From: Bdellovibrionales bacterium
Lineage (GTDB): Bacteria > Bdellovibrionota > UBA1018 > CAIMNF01
Assembly: GCA_947372355.1 (NCBI GenBank)
Contig: CANBTI010000006.1
Coordinates: 354 to 64,353 of the forward strand
Length of the DNA stretch: 64,000 nt
Reading direction: 5' to 3'
Part shown: positions 1 to 8,518 of the stretch, piece after piece
Layout of the letters: each line of letters starts with the position of its first letter
How positions within the stretch are numbered: the first letter of the stretch is position 1
Notes under the pieces: generated by a model
Databases searched by the model: none
Seen by the model: only the letters and a program-made list of their open reading frames with translations
Told to the model about the DNA's origin: nothing
Translations under genes and position numbers: made by a program

Positions 1-602
1 CGATTCAAAATTACATTTGCACCATGAGCGCTTAACCATGATTGAGCGATTGGTCCCGAGCGATCTTCCGCTTCCCCCTTAGAACAACGATCACTCAAGA
101 TTAAAACAGCCGATCGGATACCCAGTAAAGATTTCTGTTCTTCCTTTTGCACTACTTGGGTTGGAGAAGGATTTGCTGGGTGAATCCAAGTTCCTGATTT
201 TCCACCTTCTTTAATCTCTAGTTTAATTTCTCCGATTCTCAAAACAGGATCAATGCCTTTTGTGAGATCGTAAATGCACAATAGTGCTGCAGTTACCCCA
301 CCTAAGGCTTCCATTTCCACACCGGTTTTACCCACAGTTTTTGCTTCACAAAAAACTTGAATGTGATCATTCGCCATTTCATGCCAAACGCGAACTGAAG
401 TTAATGAGAGAGGATGACAAAGAGGTAAAAGATCTGCAGTTTTTTTGGCGCCTTGAATTCCAGCCACTTCACATAAAACCAACACATCCCCTTTAGGAAG
501 TGTTCTTTCACGAATCCGTGCAATCGTTGATGTTTGTGCGTAAAAATAACCCGATGCAACTGCACGGCGCTCAGTATCTTTTTTTTCACCGATATCAATC
601 AT
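1..602 (-). CDS. moaC: MoaC fused to a MoaB/MogA-like domain, running off the window start
   Basis: Not in the ORF track. Manual translation from ATG at 602: MIDIGEKKDTERRAVASG...KGDVL...AGIQGAKKTADLLPLCHPL...GKTGVEMEAL...IYDLTKGID (MoaC motifs), then ...AVLILSDRCSKGEAEDRSGP (MoaB/MogA start). Confidence 0.9.
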   Translation of the reverse strand, partial: MIDIGEKKDTERRAVASGYFYAQTSTIARIRERTLPKGDVLVLCEVAGIQGAKKTADLLPLCHPLSLTSVRVWHEMANDHIQVFCEAKTVGKTGVEMEALGGVTAALLCIYDLTKGIDPVLRIGEIKLEIKEGGKSGTWIHPANPSPTQVVQKEEQKSLLGIRSAVLILSDRCSKGEAEDRSGPIAQSWLSAHGANVILN

Positions 603-609
603 CTTAAAA

Positions 610-1587
610 TTAGCCGCCGATGCTGGAGAAGTTTGTGTTGATTCCATATTTCCCTTCATGAAGCTGATGGGCTTCGGGTTTTATTTTTATTAATTTTTGT
701 ATGCGATCTATCAATGCAGGTTTTGAATCGTCGTTTTGTAAAAATTCTCTTAACGATGTTTCACCTTCTCCGAATAAACAAAGACGAAGTGCGCCCCTAG
801 ATGAAACACGTAAACGATTGCAGGTTTCACAAAAATCAGAAGAATAAGGTGCAATAATCCCAATTGATCCTAAATATTGCGGATGATGATAAACCAGTGC
901 TGGCCCGTCCAAAGATTGCCGAGAAACAGGCTTCCAACCTGCATTGTTAAGTGCAAACTGAACGGTTCCACCGGTCACATGTTTTTTCTTAAAATATTCA
1001 GCGTTGTTTCCAGTTTGCATGAGTTCTATGAACCTCACCGAAACAGGACGAGTTTTCACCCATTCCATAAATTTTTCAATTTCTGATTCATGCGTGTCTT
1101 TAAAAAGAACTGCATTGAGTTTTACCGTTTCAAAACCTGCTAGAAATGACTTCTCCACTCCTGCCATCACTTGCTGGTAACGATCCGTCCCGGTTGAATC
1201 ATTAAATGATTTTTCATCTAAGCTATCCATGCTGATATTGATTGCAGTCACTCCTGCCAATCTCAAAGGCAAAGCTAAATCTTGAAGTTTGGAACCATTG
1301 GTAGTGATCGCTATTTTTTTAATCCCAGGGATTTCAGAAATGGTTTGTGCGATTTCTACAATGTCTCGTCTTACCGTGGGTTCCCCACCGGTGAGTCTTA
1401 CTTTTGAAAAACCAAGTTGAGCGAATGCGGAAACTAATCTTTTGATTTCAAGAACTGATAATTCAGATTCATTCACACCCTCGGGTGCGATGTAGCCATT
1501 GGGTAAACAGTAAGAACAGCGAAAATTACATCGATCTGTAACCGATAGTCTTAAATATGAAAATTTTCTGCCAAAAGAATCGATCAT
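610..1587 (-). CDS. moaA: GTP 3',8-cyclase MoaA
   Basis: YLRLSVTDRCNFRCSYC radical SAM motif, FCETCNRLR second cluster, C-terminal IGG. Confidence 0.97.
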   Translation of the reverse strand: MIDSFGRKFSYLRLSVTDRCNFRCSYCLPNGYIAPEGVNESELSVLEIKRLVSAFAQLGFSKVRLTGGEPTVRRDIVEIAQTISEIPGIKKIAITTNGSKLQDLALPLRLAGVTAINISMDSLDEKSFNDSTGTDRYQQVMAGVEKSFLAGFETVKLNAVLFKDTHESEIEKFMEWVKTRPVSVRFIELMQTGNNAEYFKKKHVTGGTVQFALNNAGWKPVSRQSLDGPALVYHHPQYLGSIGIIAPYSSDFCETCNRLRVSSRGALRLCLFGEGETSLREFLQNDDSKPALIDRIQKLIKIKPEAHQLHEGKYGINTNFSSIGG

Positions 1588-1589
1588 AA

Positions 1590-1606
1590 AAGGTGTCTGA
1601 CACCTT
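1590..1606. promoter_or_regulatory. Perfect inverted repeat over the moaA ribosome-binding region
   Basis: AAGGTGTC-T-GACACCTT just upstream of the moaA ATG. Confidence 0.5.
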
Positions 1607-1620
1607 ATTGATGCCAGGTG

Positions 1621-1644
1621 CGTTATATTTCAGTAAATATATCC
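1621..1644. promoter_or_regulatory. ModE-like operator upstream of moaA
   Basis: CGTTATAT-N8-ATATATCC versus the ModE consensus CGTTATAT-N8-ATATAACG; moa operons are known ModE targets. Confidence 0.55.
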
Positions 1645-1667
1645 TGATTCGCAGAAAGATCTACCAA

Positions 1668-1979
1668 TTATTCGTGAATCACACTCACTACATATGCAAT
1701 TGGTGCATCATGATAAGTAGGCGTGAGATCTTGAGCGATTTGAACCGTACAATCTCTTCCGGGTAAACCGCGGAAAAAACGCTGAAGTTTAAAAGTATGG
1801 AGATAATGTCCTTCGGAAACCTGAGTGGTTTGGACATTGTTCACATGAGAATTACATTCCGCTTTGATCTCGGTCATTTTAGCTGAATTATCAAACATGG
1901 CTTGAGTCAATAACTGACTATCATCAGCAAATACCGGCGCAGCAGCGAGAACACTTAAAAATATTATTTTCTTCATCAA
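1668..1979 (-). CDS. Small secreted hypothetical protein
   Basis: Signal peptide (MKKIIFLSVLAAAPVFA); AAGGGAG RBS upstream. Confidence 0.75.
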   Translation of the reverse strand: MMKKIIFLSVLAAAPVFADDSQLLTQAMFDNSAKMTEIKAECNSHVNNVQTTQVSEGHYLHTFKLQRFFRGLPGRDCTVQIAQDLTPTYHDAPIAYVVSVIHE

Positions 1980-2125
1980 TCACTCCCTTACAGATTTATT
2001 GATTAACACTAAACTGAAGGCTGTTGTAGTTTTATCCTACTAAAATCCAACTCTTTTTTTGTACAACTGAGTTGAAACCAAGGATGACGATTGACTCAAT
2101 TTTGAACTTTTAGTAACTGATAAAC

Positions 2126-2722
2126 ATGCGCATTGTTAAATTTTGCACCATTTTTCTTCTTTTCTCTGCTTTCCAAAACGCTGAGGCCAACTTAAACATT
2201 CCCGGAGAAAAAAAGATCTATCTCGGTGTGGGGGTAATCTCCCAAAATGTGGGGCGACTCACTTCCTCTGATACTGGAAGCGCTTCTTTATTTACTTCAA
2301 ATTTTACAGAAATTCATTTGGTCGCCGATTTTGATTTTTTGGGAAGTTGGCATCTTTCACCCATGGTTGGTTACACTCCGCTTGGTCTTAAATCAGCGGA
2401 TACAAATGAAAAATCTTACTTGCTCCCCATTGCTGTACGACTCAGCAATTCCTTGGGCTTATTCAATGTTTTTGCTGGCCCTGGTATTTTAATCTACAAA
2501 ATTTCAGGCTCAGGGGGAACTGCAACTCTCAACAATGGAACAACCACTGCTGTTTTTGGTTTACCTTCAGAGACCGTTTCCTCAAAACTCTTCATGCTTG
2601 ATTTTGGAATTGATCGAAATTTTTCTAATTTTAAATTGGCTGCCGAAACGATGCTCACTGGCCTTCTCACTAGTCGTCGTGCTTTTAATCTAATGCTGTC
2701 GATCAGCTATGGAGTTCTATAA
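2126..2722 (+). CDS. Probable outer-membrane beta-barrel protein
   Basis: Signal peptide, amphipathic beta strands. Confidence 0.6.
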   Translation: MRIVKFCTIFLLFSAFQNAEANLNIPGEKKIYLGVGVISQNVGRLTSSDTGSASLFTSNFTEIHLVADFDFLGSWHLSPMVGYTPLGLKSADTNEKSYLLPIAVRLSNSLGLFNVFAGPGILIYKISGSGGTATLNNGTTTAVFGLPSETVSSKLFMLDFGIDRNFSNFKLAAETMLTGLLTSRRAFNLMLSISYGVL

Positions 2723-3555
2723 TGAAAAAAACATTTTTAAAAATCTCATTCATCAGTCTCATTATTTTCGCTCAAACATCTCAAGCTTTTACTTTAAATT
2801 ACGATTCTACGAATAAAAAAAATCTATCTGCGTGGACGAATTCAACTATTACTTTTGATTATAATTTTACCAATTGTCCGGCCAGCGTATCGGTTTCAAC
2901 TTTAACAGCTGCCGTTCAAACAGCTCTTGATGTTTGGAATGGAGTTCCCTCCTCTTCCCTGACTCTCACTTTAGGTACTGCAGTCACCACCACTGCCGCA
3001 CAAGCAAAAGCAAAAACTACTGCAGGAAATCCTATCATCGTTTGTGATACGGCCTACACTGCTGATACCGGGCTTGATGGAAATTACTCACCCGCGGCTG
3101 CTGCCGTCGGCTCAGTGGATGCAAATTGGCACATTGATTATGCTGTTTTGTATCTCAATGCGGAAGTCGGCAAGACAGACATCATTTCAAATGTTCCCAC
3201 TTCGCTTTTGAGTATCATCATGGCTCATGAAATTGGCCACAGCATTGGATTAGGACATTCATCTGATACTCATGCGCTCATGTATTATGATGCTTCACTT
3301 AAAACTACATTAAATCTTTCTAAAGACGATGTGAATGGAGTGACCTACCTCTATCCTCGCAATGAACTCAGTGGCTCAGGAGTTTTTGGTTGCGCTACTA
3401 TTTCTGCAGCTGGAACTTCAGCAGGAAGCGGTTTCGGAAATTCTAAAAATAGCTCTTCTGATTCAAAAACTAAAAATCAGTTCGAATTTGCACTATTGCT
3501 CTTATCTTTTTGGGTAATATCGAAAGCAAAACTAGAAATTCCCAATTTAATGTAG
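2722..3555 (+). CDS. Matrixin (M10) family secreted zinc metalloprotease
   Basis: HEIGHSIGLGH zinc motif, ALMY Met-turn, signal peptide, hydrophobic C-terminal tail after a GCATI motif. Confidence 0.88.
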   Translation: MKKTFLKISFISLIIFAQTSQAFTLNYDSTNKKNLSAWTNSTITFDYNFTNCPASVSVSTLTAAVQTALDVWNGVPSSSLTLTLGTAVTTTAAQAKAKTTAGNPIIVCDTAYTADTGLDGNYSPAAAAVGSVDANWHIDYAVLYLNAEVGKTDIISNVPTSLLSIIMAHEIGHSIGLGHSSDTHALMYYDASLKTTLNLSKDDVNGVTYLYPRNELSGSGVFGCATISAAGTSAGSGFGNSKNSSSDSKTKNQFEFALLLLSFWVISKAKLEIPNLM

Positions 3556-3586
3556 GATTAAATGATCATTCTATTGCTCAAAAACA

Positions 3587-3606
3587 CCGGATATATATCC
3601 CAATAC
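3587..3606 (+). repeat. Conserved motif upstream of ORF6N copy 1; related copies at 4236-4252 and 4893-4912
   Basis: CCGGATATATATCCCAATAC versus CAGGATTTATGTCCCAATAC (17/20 identical) and TGAAATATGTCCCATAC. Confidence 0.6.
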
Positions 3607-3640
3607 ATCAGATTGTCACAAATCTTGCTTTAACGCCGGC

Positions 3641-4156
3641 ATGAACAAAACAGTTAATCCAGTTTTTGAAGCGATCATTCACAATATTCGAGGCAAGAAA
3701 GTCATTCTCGATTACGATTTGGCGAAACTTTATGGAGTAGAAACCCGGATCATCAACCGTGCAGTAAAGAGAAATATTGAACGTTTCCCTTCAGACGGGA
3801 TGTTCCAACTCAAAGAAATAGAATGGGAATCTCTAAGATCCCAAATTGGGATCTTAGACGTTTCACGGGGCCAATATACAAAATACCTGCCATTTGCATT
3901 TACAGAACTCGGTATTGCGATGCTTTCATCCGTACTGAGAAGTGAGACTGCAATCCAAGTCAATCTTGCAATTATGCTTATGTTTATCGAACTACGGAAT
4001 CATTTCCGTCAGGGAAAAGATCTAGGTTCAGAACTCACCGATCTCAAACAAAACACGAATCAACTTTTTTAAATCGTTTTTGAAAGACTCGATACACTCG
4101 AAAAAGATGATCCAATTCGATCACCCGATCGAAGAAAAATTGGGATTAAGACTTAG
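3641..4156 (+). pseudogene. ORF6N-domain DNA-binding protein with an in-frame TAA at 4070-4072
   Basis: IRGKKVILDYDLAKLYGVET...RFP...LPFAFTELGIAMLSSVLRS. The frame continues past the TAA as IVFERLD...RRKIGIKT*, resembling the family C-terminus. Confidence 0.7.
3832..3858. repeat. Perfect 27-bp palindrome inside ORF6N copy 1
   Basis: TCTAAGATCCCAA-A-TTGGGATCTTAGA, encodes SLRSQIGILD. Confidence 0.95.
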
Positions 4157-4164
4157 ACGCAATC

Positions 4165-4191
4165 TTTGAAATTCCAAATTGGAATGTCAAA
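4165..4191. repeat. Intergenic near-perfect 27-bp palindrome homologous to the ORF6N in-gene palindromes
   Basis: TTTGAAATTCCAA-A-TTGGAATGTCAAA (one mismatch), preceded by AATC like both in-gene copies. Confidence 0.9.
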
Positions 4192-4319
4192 ATTTTATGC
4201 TGATATAACGCTCAAAAATTGCAACCAAAGTTATATGAAATATGTCCCATACCATCTCGTTATTTACATAGAATGGCGGAATTAGAACATTTATGAACGA
4301 TTGACGGCTGTTTTACATA

Positions 4320-4808
4320 TTAACGACTTAATTTATCCATACTAAAAGAACCCGTAAGATCACTAGATTTGTACTTTCCAGAAACGGAACGTAAGTTTGA
4401 GGTCAGAGTTCCTTCAAATTCTGCAATGATGGGTATGGAGTCGTAGGTTTTCGTAAAAACCATTTTTTTATCAGTAATTTTTCCCTTAACTATTGCCCGA
4501 CGAGTGGGATTCTTTGCTTGATCTTCGCCATAGTTTGGCTCAGTCATCATTCCTTCAATTTTTTCGCCATCATTTGCTAAGGCCAATTGAAAGTAGATCT
4601 TTTTAGTATCCTCTACATCTTTGGATGAAAAACCCATAAAACCAGAGCGTTCTATAAACTTTCTCGATACTACGAAGTAGCCATTCCATTTGCCACCATA
4701 TGAGGTCTCAGAAGATTGAGGTTTTTTTGTTTCTGCCTTCACTGTACCCACGAGTAGGATATTCATTAGTAGGAGTAGCGAGGCTGTCTTCTTGTATGTT
4801 CTGGCCAT
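4320..4808 (-). CDS. Secreted hypothetical protein (beta-rich)
   Basis: Signal peptide; AAGGA RBS; IEGMMTEP...FTKTYD...FEGTL...SGKY pattern. Confidence 0.7.
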   Translation of the reverse strand: MARTYKKTASLLLLMNILLVGTVKAETKKPQSSETSYGGKWNGYFVVSRKFIERSGFMGFSSKDVEDTKKIYFQLALANDGEKIEGMMTEPNYGEDQAKNPTRRAIVKGKITDKKMVFTKTYDSIPIIAEFEGTLTSNLRSVSGKYKSSDLTGSFSMDKLSR

Positions 4809-4950
4809 GGTTGATTTTCCTTAAACCTTGGAAAGATAGCAAGAGTAATTGCAGGATAGTCATTCACGTTCAATAATGCACCAATTCATTTACAGGATTT
4901 ATGTCCCAATACTCCCTACAAATTAAGTTCAGCATAATGATCGATTAGAA

Positions 4951-4966
4951 AGGCTCAGGATTTGCA
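4951..4966 (+). promoter_or_regulatory. Sigma54-type -24/-12 promoter of ORF6N copy 2
   Basis: AGGCTCAGGATTTGCA (GG-N10-GC), C 13 nt before the ATG; a degenerate equivalent TTGTCACAAATCTTGC lies at the same spacing before copy 1 (3613-3628). Confidence 0.55.
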
Positions 4967-4977
4967 CTGGGCAAAGC

Positions 4978-5505
4978 ATGAATTCAGAATTATCAGTAAA
5001 AGAAATTGGGCAGAGAATCTACTTTATCCGCGGGCACAGAGTGATGTTGGATAGTGATTTGGCGGAGCTATATGAGGTTGAAACTAAAAATCTCAATAAA
5101 GCAGTTGACCGAAATCCGGGGCGATTTCCAATCGATTTTATGTTTCAACTGAATGAAAAAGAGTATGAATCTTTAAGGTTCCAATTTGGAACCTTAAACA
5201 AAGGCCGCGGAAAACACCGAAAATATTTACCCTATGTCTTTACCGAACAAGGAGTCGCCATGTTATCGGGTGTGCTTCATAGCGAACGGGCTATTCAAGT
5301 AAATGTGGCGATCATGCGGACGTTTGTTCAACTTCGTAGAATACTTGAATCAAATAACGAACTAGTAAAAAAACTCGAACAAATTGAACGCAAGCTTCTT
5401 CGGCACGACCATGATTTTAAGTACGTATTTGAGGCAATCAGACAGCTTATGGCCACAGGTTCTCCAGTCACTCAGAAAAAAATTAGACCGCTTGGTGAGA
5501 AGTGA
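4978..5505 (+). CDS. ORF6N-domain DNA-binding protein
   Basis: IRGHRVMLDSDLAELYEVET...RFPIDFMFQL...RKYLPYVFTEQGVAMLSGVL, C-terminal coiled coil. Confidence 0.92.
   Translation: MNSELSVKEIGQRIYFIRGHRVMLDSDLAELYEVETKNLNKAVDRNPGRFPIDFMFQLNEKEYESLRFQFGTLNKGRGKHRKYLPYVFTEQGVAMLSGVLHSERAIQVNVAIMRTFVQLRRILESNNELVKKLEQIERKLLRHDHDFKYVFEAIRQLMATGSPVTQKKIRPLGEK
5172..5198. repeat. Perfect 27-bp palindrome inside ORF6N copy 2
   Basis: TTTAAGGTTCCAA-T-TTGGAACCTTAAA, encodes SLRFQFGTLN. Confidence 0.95.
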
Positions 5506-5562
5506 ATTAACTTACTAAATCGAACAAGGCTGAACGAACGAGTTTTAAAAGAGAAGTGTGAA

Positions 5563-5639
5563 TGGCGAACCCGCCAGGACTCGAACCTGGGACCCCCTCA
5601 TTAGAAATGAGGTGCTCTATCCAGCTGAGCTACGGGTTC
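5563..5639 (-). tRNA. tRNA-Arg(TCT)
   Basis: GAACCCG...CGGGTTC-G-CCA acceptor; CCTCA-TTTCTAA-TGAGG anticodon arm; TTCGA T-loop. Confidence 0.97.
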
Positions 5640-5690
5640 ACGAATAGATAGATAGAAGTCAGTGTAAACACAATGTGTGAGAAATTCAAT

Positions 5691-6044
5691 TTAATGATGA
5701 CAATTTGTTGAAGATTCAGTTTTTAGTTCAGTGTTCAGAGTATCCACACAAGCGGTAACACTGGTCATTTTTTGCTGGTAAATCACAGACATATTCTCTT
5801 CAGAGCCATATTGATTGAGGACTTTATTAATAAAATCGTTCAAAAGCTCAACTCTTGTTTCACAAACTTTTTTGTAAATGCTGGTACAAACCGTAAGATC
5901 ATTGTTATTTTTAAAGGAGATTCCTACCCTTGCTAACTCATTTTCAGCGTTTTTTAGCTGCTGGGCTGGAGTGAAAGAACTAGTCTTCCCCACATTTCCG
6001 CAGGCAGATAAAAATAATAGAAAAATCAAAAGACTGGCTTTCAT
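5691..6044 (-). CDS. Hypothetical lipoprotein
   Basis: Lipobox LSAC. Confidence 0.7.
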   Translation of the reverse strand: MKASLLIFLLFLSACGNVGKTSSFTPAQQLKNAENELARVGISFKNNNDLTVCTSIYKKVCETRVELLNDFINKVLNQYGSEENMSVIYQQKMTSVTACVDTLNTELKTESSTNCHH

Positions 6045-6097
6045 GAATATTTTTTACCACACATAACACGATTGGTCAAGTATTAGATATTTGACCA

Positions 6098-6934
6098 TTA
6101 AAGAAAGAATTGAACCTGAATTTCAGGGTGATACCAAATATCTTCATAGTGTGCAAAACTCTCAGCAGATATCAGCGGGGATTTTTTATAAATACCCGAA
6201 CTACGTGACTCACCTAATAGGATATAAAAAGTATCGGTGTGGTAAAAAAAAGAAAGCCCGATATGCGTAAAGGGACCTGAAGTAGTATTGTATGCAGTTC
6301 CGGAAGGTAACTGCTCAATGAACGTTTCAGATTTATAATTTAAACCTAACACTCCCACTTCAGCAAAAAATCCAAAATGTGAATTTAAGTTAAACTGATT
6401 CAAAGTAGAAATAGACAGAACATAAGTCTCATTCTTTGGATTTAAGGAATGCGGATTTTCAGCATTCCAAAAATATTGATGCCCATTACTCAAATACAAA
6501 GTATAAAAATCAGAAAATTTTCTGGAAGCAGTGATTCTCACAAAAGCAGTACTCTGGATGTAAAGATCGCGAGGTCCTAAATTCTGATACGGTAAAGATT
6601 TTAAATAAGAACCTTCAATGGTTAAATTGAATGATTCATCTTGAATCAGCGCATAACGTAAATCGATTGCGGCAGAGTTATACAGTATAAAAAAAAATGG
6701 ACTCGTTGCCACCATCAATCGATCACTCAAGCCCAAACCAACGACATAAGATCCTAAAGTCACCTGATTCTTTAAAAGCACATCGGTTGTCGGAGTTAAA
6801 TTATGGCCAGCAAAAAAAACATGACTCGATTTCACCGGAACTTCTTTTATTTCTAAAATCGGCTCCTCTGCATACACTTGAGTAAAAAAAAATTGAAAAA
6901 GAATGAAAATCACTGAAAAGGAACTTCGCCCCAA
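6098..6934 (-). CDS. Hypothetical outer-membrane-like protein
   Basis: Signal peptide, beta-rich, aromatic C-terminus; overlaps the upstream gene. Confidence 0.6.
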   Translation of the reverse strand: MGRSSFSVIFILFQFFFTQVYAEEPILEIKEVPVKSSHVFFAGHNLTPTTDVLLKNQVTLGSYVVGLGLSDRLMVATSPFFFILYNSAAIDLRYALIQDESFNLTIEGSYLKSLPYQNLGPRDLYIQSTAFVRITASRKFSDFYTLYLSNGHQYFWNAENPHSLNPKNETYVLSISTLNQFNLNSHFGFFAEVGVLGLNYKSETFIEQLPSGTAYNTTSGPFTHIGLSFFYHTDTFYILLGESRSSGIYKKSPLISAESFAHYEDIWYHPEIQVQFFL

Positions 6935-7800
6935 CTGCGCACCATTTTCACTTCCGGCACTAAAGAATTACGACCAGTGATCATTTCCACCATCGATGAA
7001 GGAGTATAATCACGATAACGATAAAAGATTCCCCACTTGAAATCTAATTTACCCTCACGCTTGAGGCGCAATGGAAGGGTCAAATCTAAAGAAAATACGT
7101 CTCCGATGACTGCATCTGGTTTCAATTCCATCAATGCCTGTTCGTAAGTAGGACGATCCGTATCAGCAATCACATCCAGGTTTTTTTGACCGCTCGTGTC
7201 TTTAGATAAGAATAATGGTCTTGGATTCTTGCCCAAGCCAAATTTCTTAGCTCCACCGCGAACTTGTGGACGAGAATCGACTGAATAATGATTTTGATCC
7301 AAAAACTCTACGATCTTATCCGTTGAAGAATTCGAAACAATGATCACTTCATGACCTTTTTGAATGGCATCTTCCACCCATTTTTTTGCACCCATGTCGG
7401 GTTGCTTTTTAAGTTTTAATTGATGAAACGACCATTCTGATAGCTCACTAAAGCTGCTCAACTGATCTTTAGCCTTCAGTTGCTTCAAGATTGATTTTGC
7501 CTTTACATCGCCATTTGCGGCTAAATAATCGAGAAAATCTGCCATTCCTATATTTCTGATGAATGGATCCTCGAAAGTAAATGCGGATACGCGTCCTTCA
7601 CTTCTCCATCCAAATGAATAGGGCTTCGCCGCTTGGCGCGCTCGCAACTCACCCATCCAAGAATCTATTTTATCCATAGACTCAAGACCGACTTCTTTTA
7701 AATCAAAAGAGATAATTTTCTCTTGAAAGTACTTTGTGCAGGCTTCCCCTTCTTCAGTGGGATCAGTAAAAATACCATCAAAATCCATGACGATTCGCAT
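6910..7800 (-). CDS. HAD-superfamily hydrolase-like protein
   Basis: N-terminal MDFDG, IVSNS, VIGD...D motifs. Confidence 0.7.
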   Translation of the reverse strand: MRIVMDFDGIFTDPTEEGEACTKYFQEKIISFDLKEVGLESMDKIDSWMGELRARQAAKPYSFGWRSEGRVSAFTFEDPFIRNIGMADFLDYLAANGDVKAKSILKQLKAKDQLSSFSELSEWSFHQLKLKKQPDMGAKKWVEDAIQKGHEVIIVSNSSTDKIVEFLDQNHYSVDSRPQVRGGAKKFGLGKNPRPLFLSKDTSGQKNLDVIADTDRPTYEQALMELKPDAVIGDVFSLDLTLPLRLKREGKLDFKWGIFYRYRDYTPSSMVEMITGRNSLVPEVKMVRSWGEVPFQ

Positions 7801-7864
7801 AATAATTCGATTCTAACTAAATAAGTCTTGCAGAGCAACGCTTTTAGCCAGAAAACTGTAGTCA

Positions 7865-8518
7865 ATGAAAGTTTACTTCCACGAAATCAAGGATCAAGAC
7901 CTCCAATACACTTTCAACGAAACTACTCCTTGGGTAATGGAAGTCGTTGGACAGCTCGATGAAAGGATGGACCAAATCAAACGTCCTCCGAACTGGAAGC
8001 CACGCACGCGTCCAACTGAAGTGGAATTCACGCTTCGTAGAATCGATGATCTGGTTCATGTGACCGGAAAAATTAAAACTCAATTGTTTTTGCTCTGTAG
8101 TTTATGTGCTGATTCTTTTTCTTTTCCCATCAACACTCAATTTCATTTATTACTAACCACCTCTGATATCTACGCCGATGTTCCTCGTGAAATCTCCAAT
8201 AAATCCAGTATCGATATGGATGAATGGCTTGCCGATGAAGATGATGAGGAAGACGAAACACCAGCCATGAATCTCAACGCCTCTGATTATGAAGTGACCG
8301 TAGTCACTGAGCCCATGGCAGATTTACGCGAAATTTTAATGGAACAAATCACCTTACTCATTCCAATGCAGCCGAAACCGGATGTAGATGAAAAGGATGA
8401 CTGTTTAAAATGCGGACGCAATCAACTTTCATTTTTACCTCAGCAAGAAGAACTCCTAAAAGAAAATCCATTTGCAGTATTGAAAAACTTTAAAAAGAAA
8501 CCAGGTTCTGATTCATGA
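7865..8518 (+). CDS. yceD: YceD/DUF177 family protein
   Basis: CSLC zinc pair, EQITLLIPMQP, CxxCG, NPFAVLKN. Confidence 0.85.
   Translation: MKVYFHEIKDQDLQYTFNETTPWVMEVVGQLDERMDQIKRPPNWKPRTRPTEVEFTLRRIDDLVHVTGKIKTQLFLLCSLCADSFSFPINTQFHLLLTTSDIYADVPREISNKSSIDMDEWLADEDDEEDETPAMNLNASDYEVTVVTEPMADLREILMEQITLLIPMQPKPDVDEKDDCLKCGRNQLSFLPQQEELLKENPFAVLKNFKKKPGSDS

Noticed and set aside
284-598. Track ORFs 284-496 (+) and 401-598 (-)
   Set aside because: Shadow frames of the real moaC gene (602 to window start).
4242-4270. dif-like look: ATGTCCCATAC-CATCTCG-TTATTTACATA
   Set aside because: 7-nt spacer and several mismatches to XerC/XerD arms; the two sibling motifs have no XerD-like arm.
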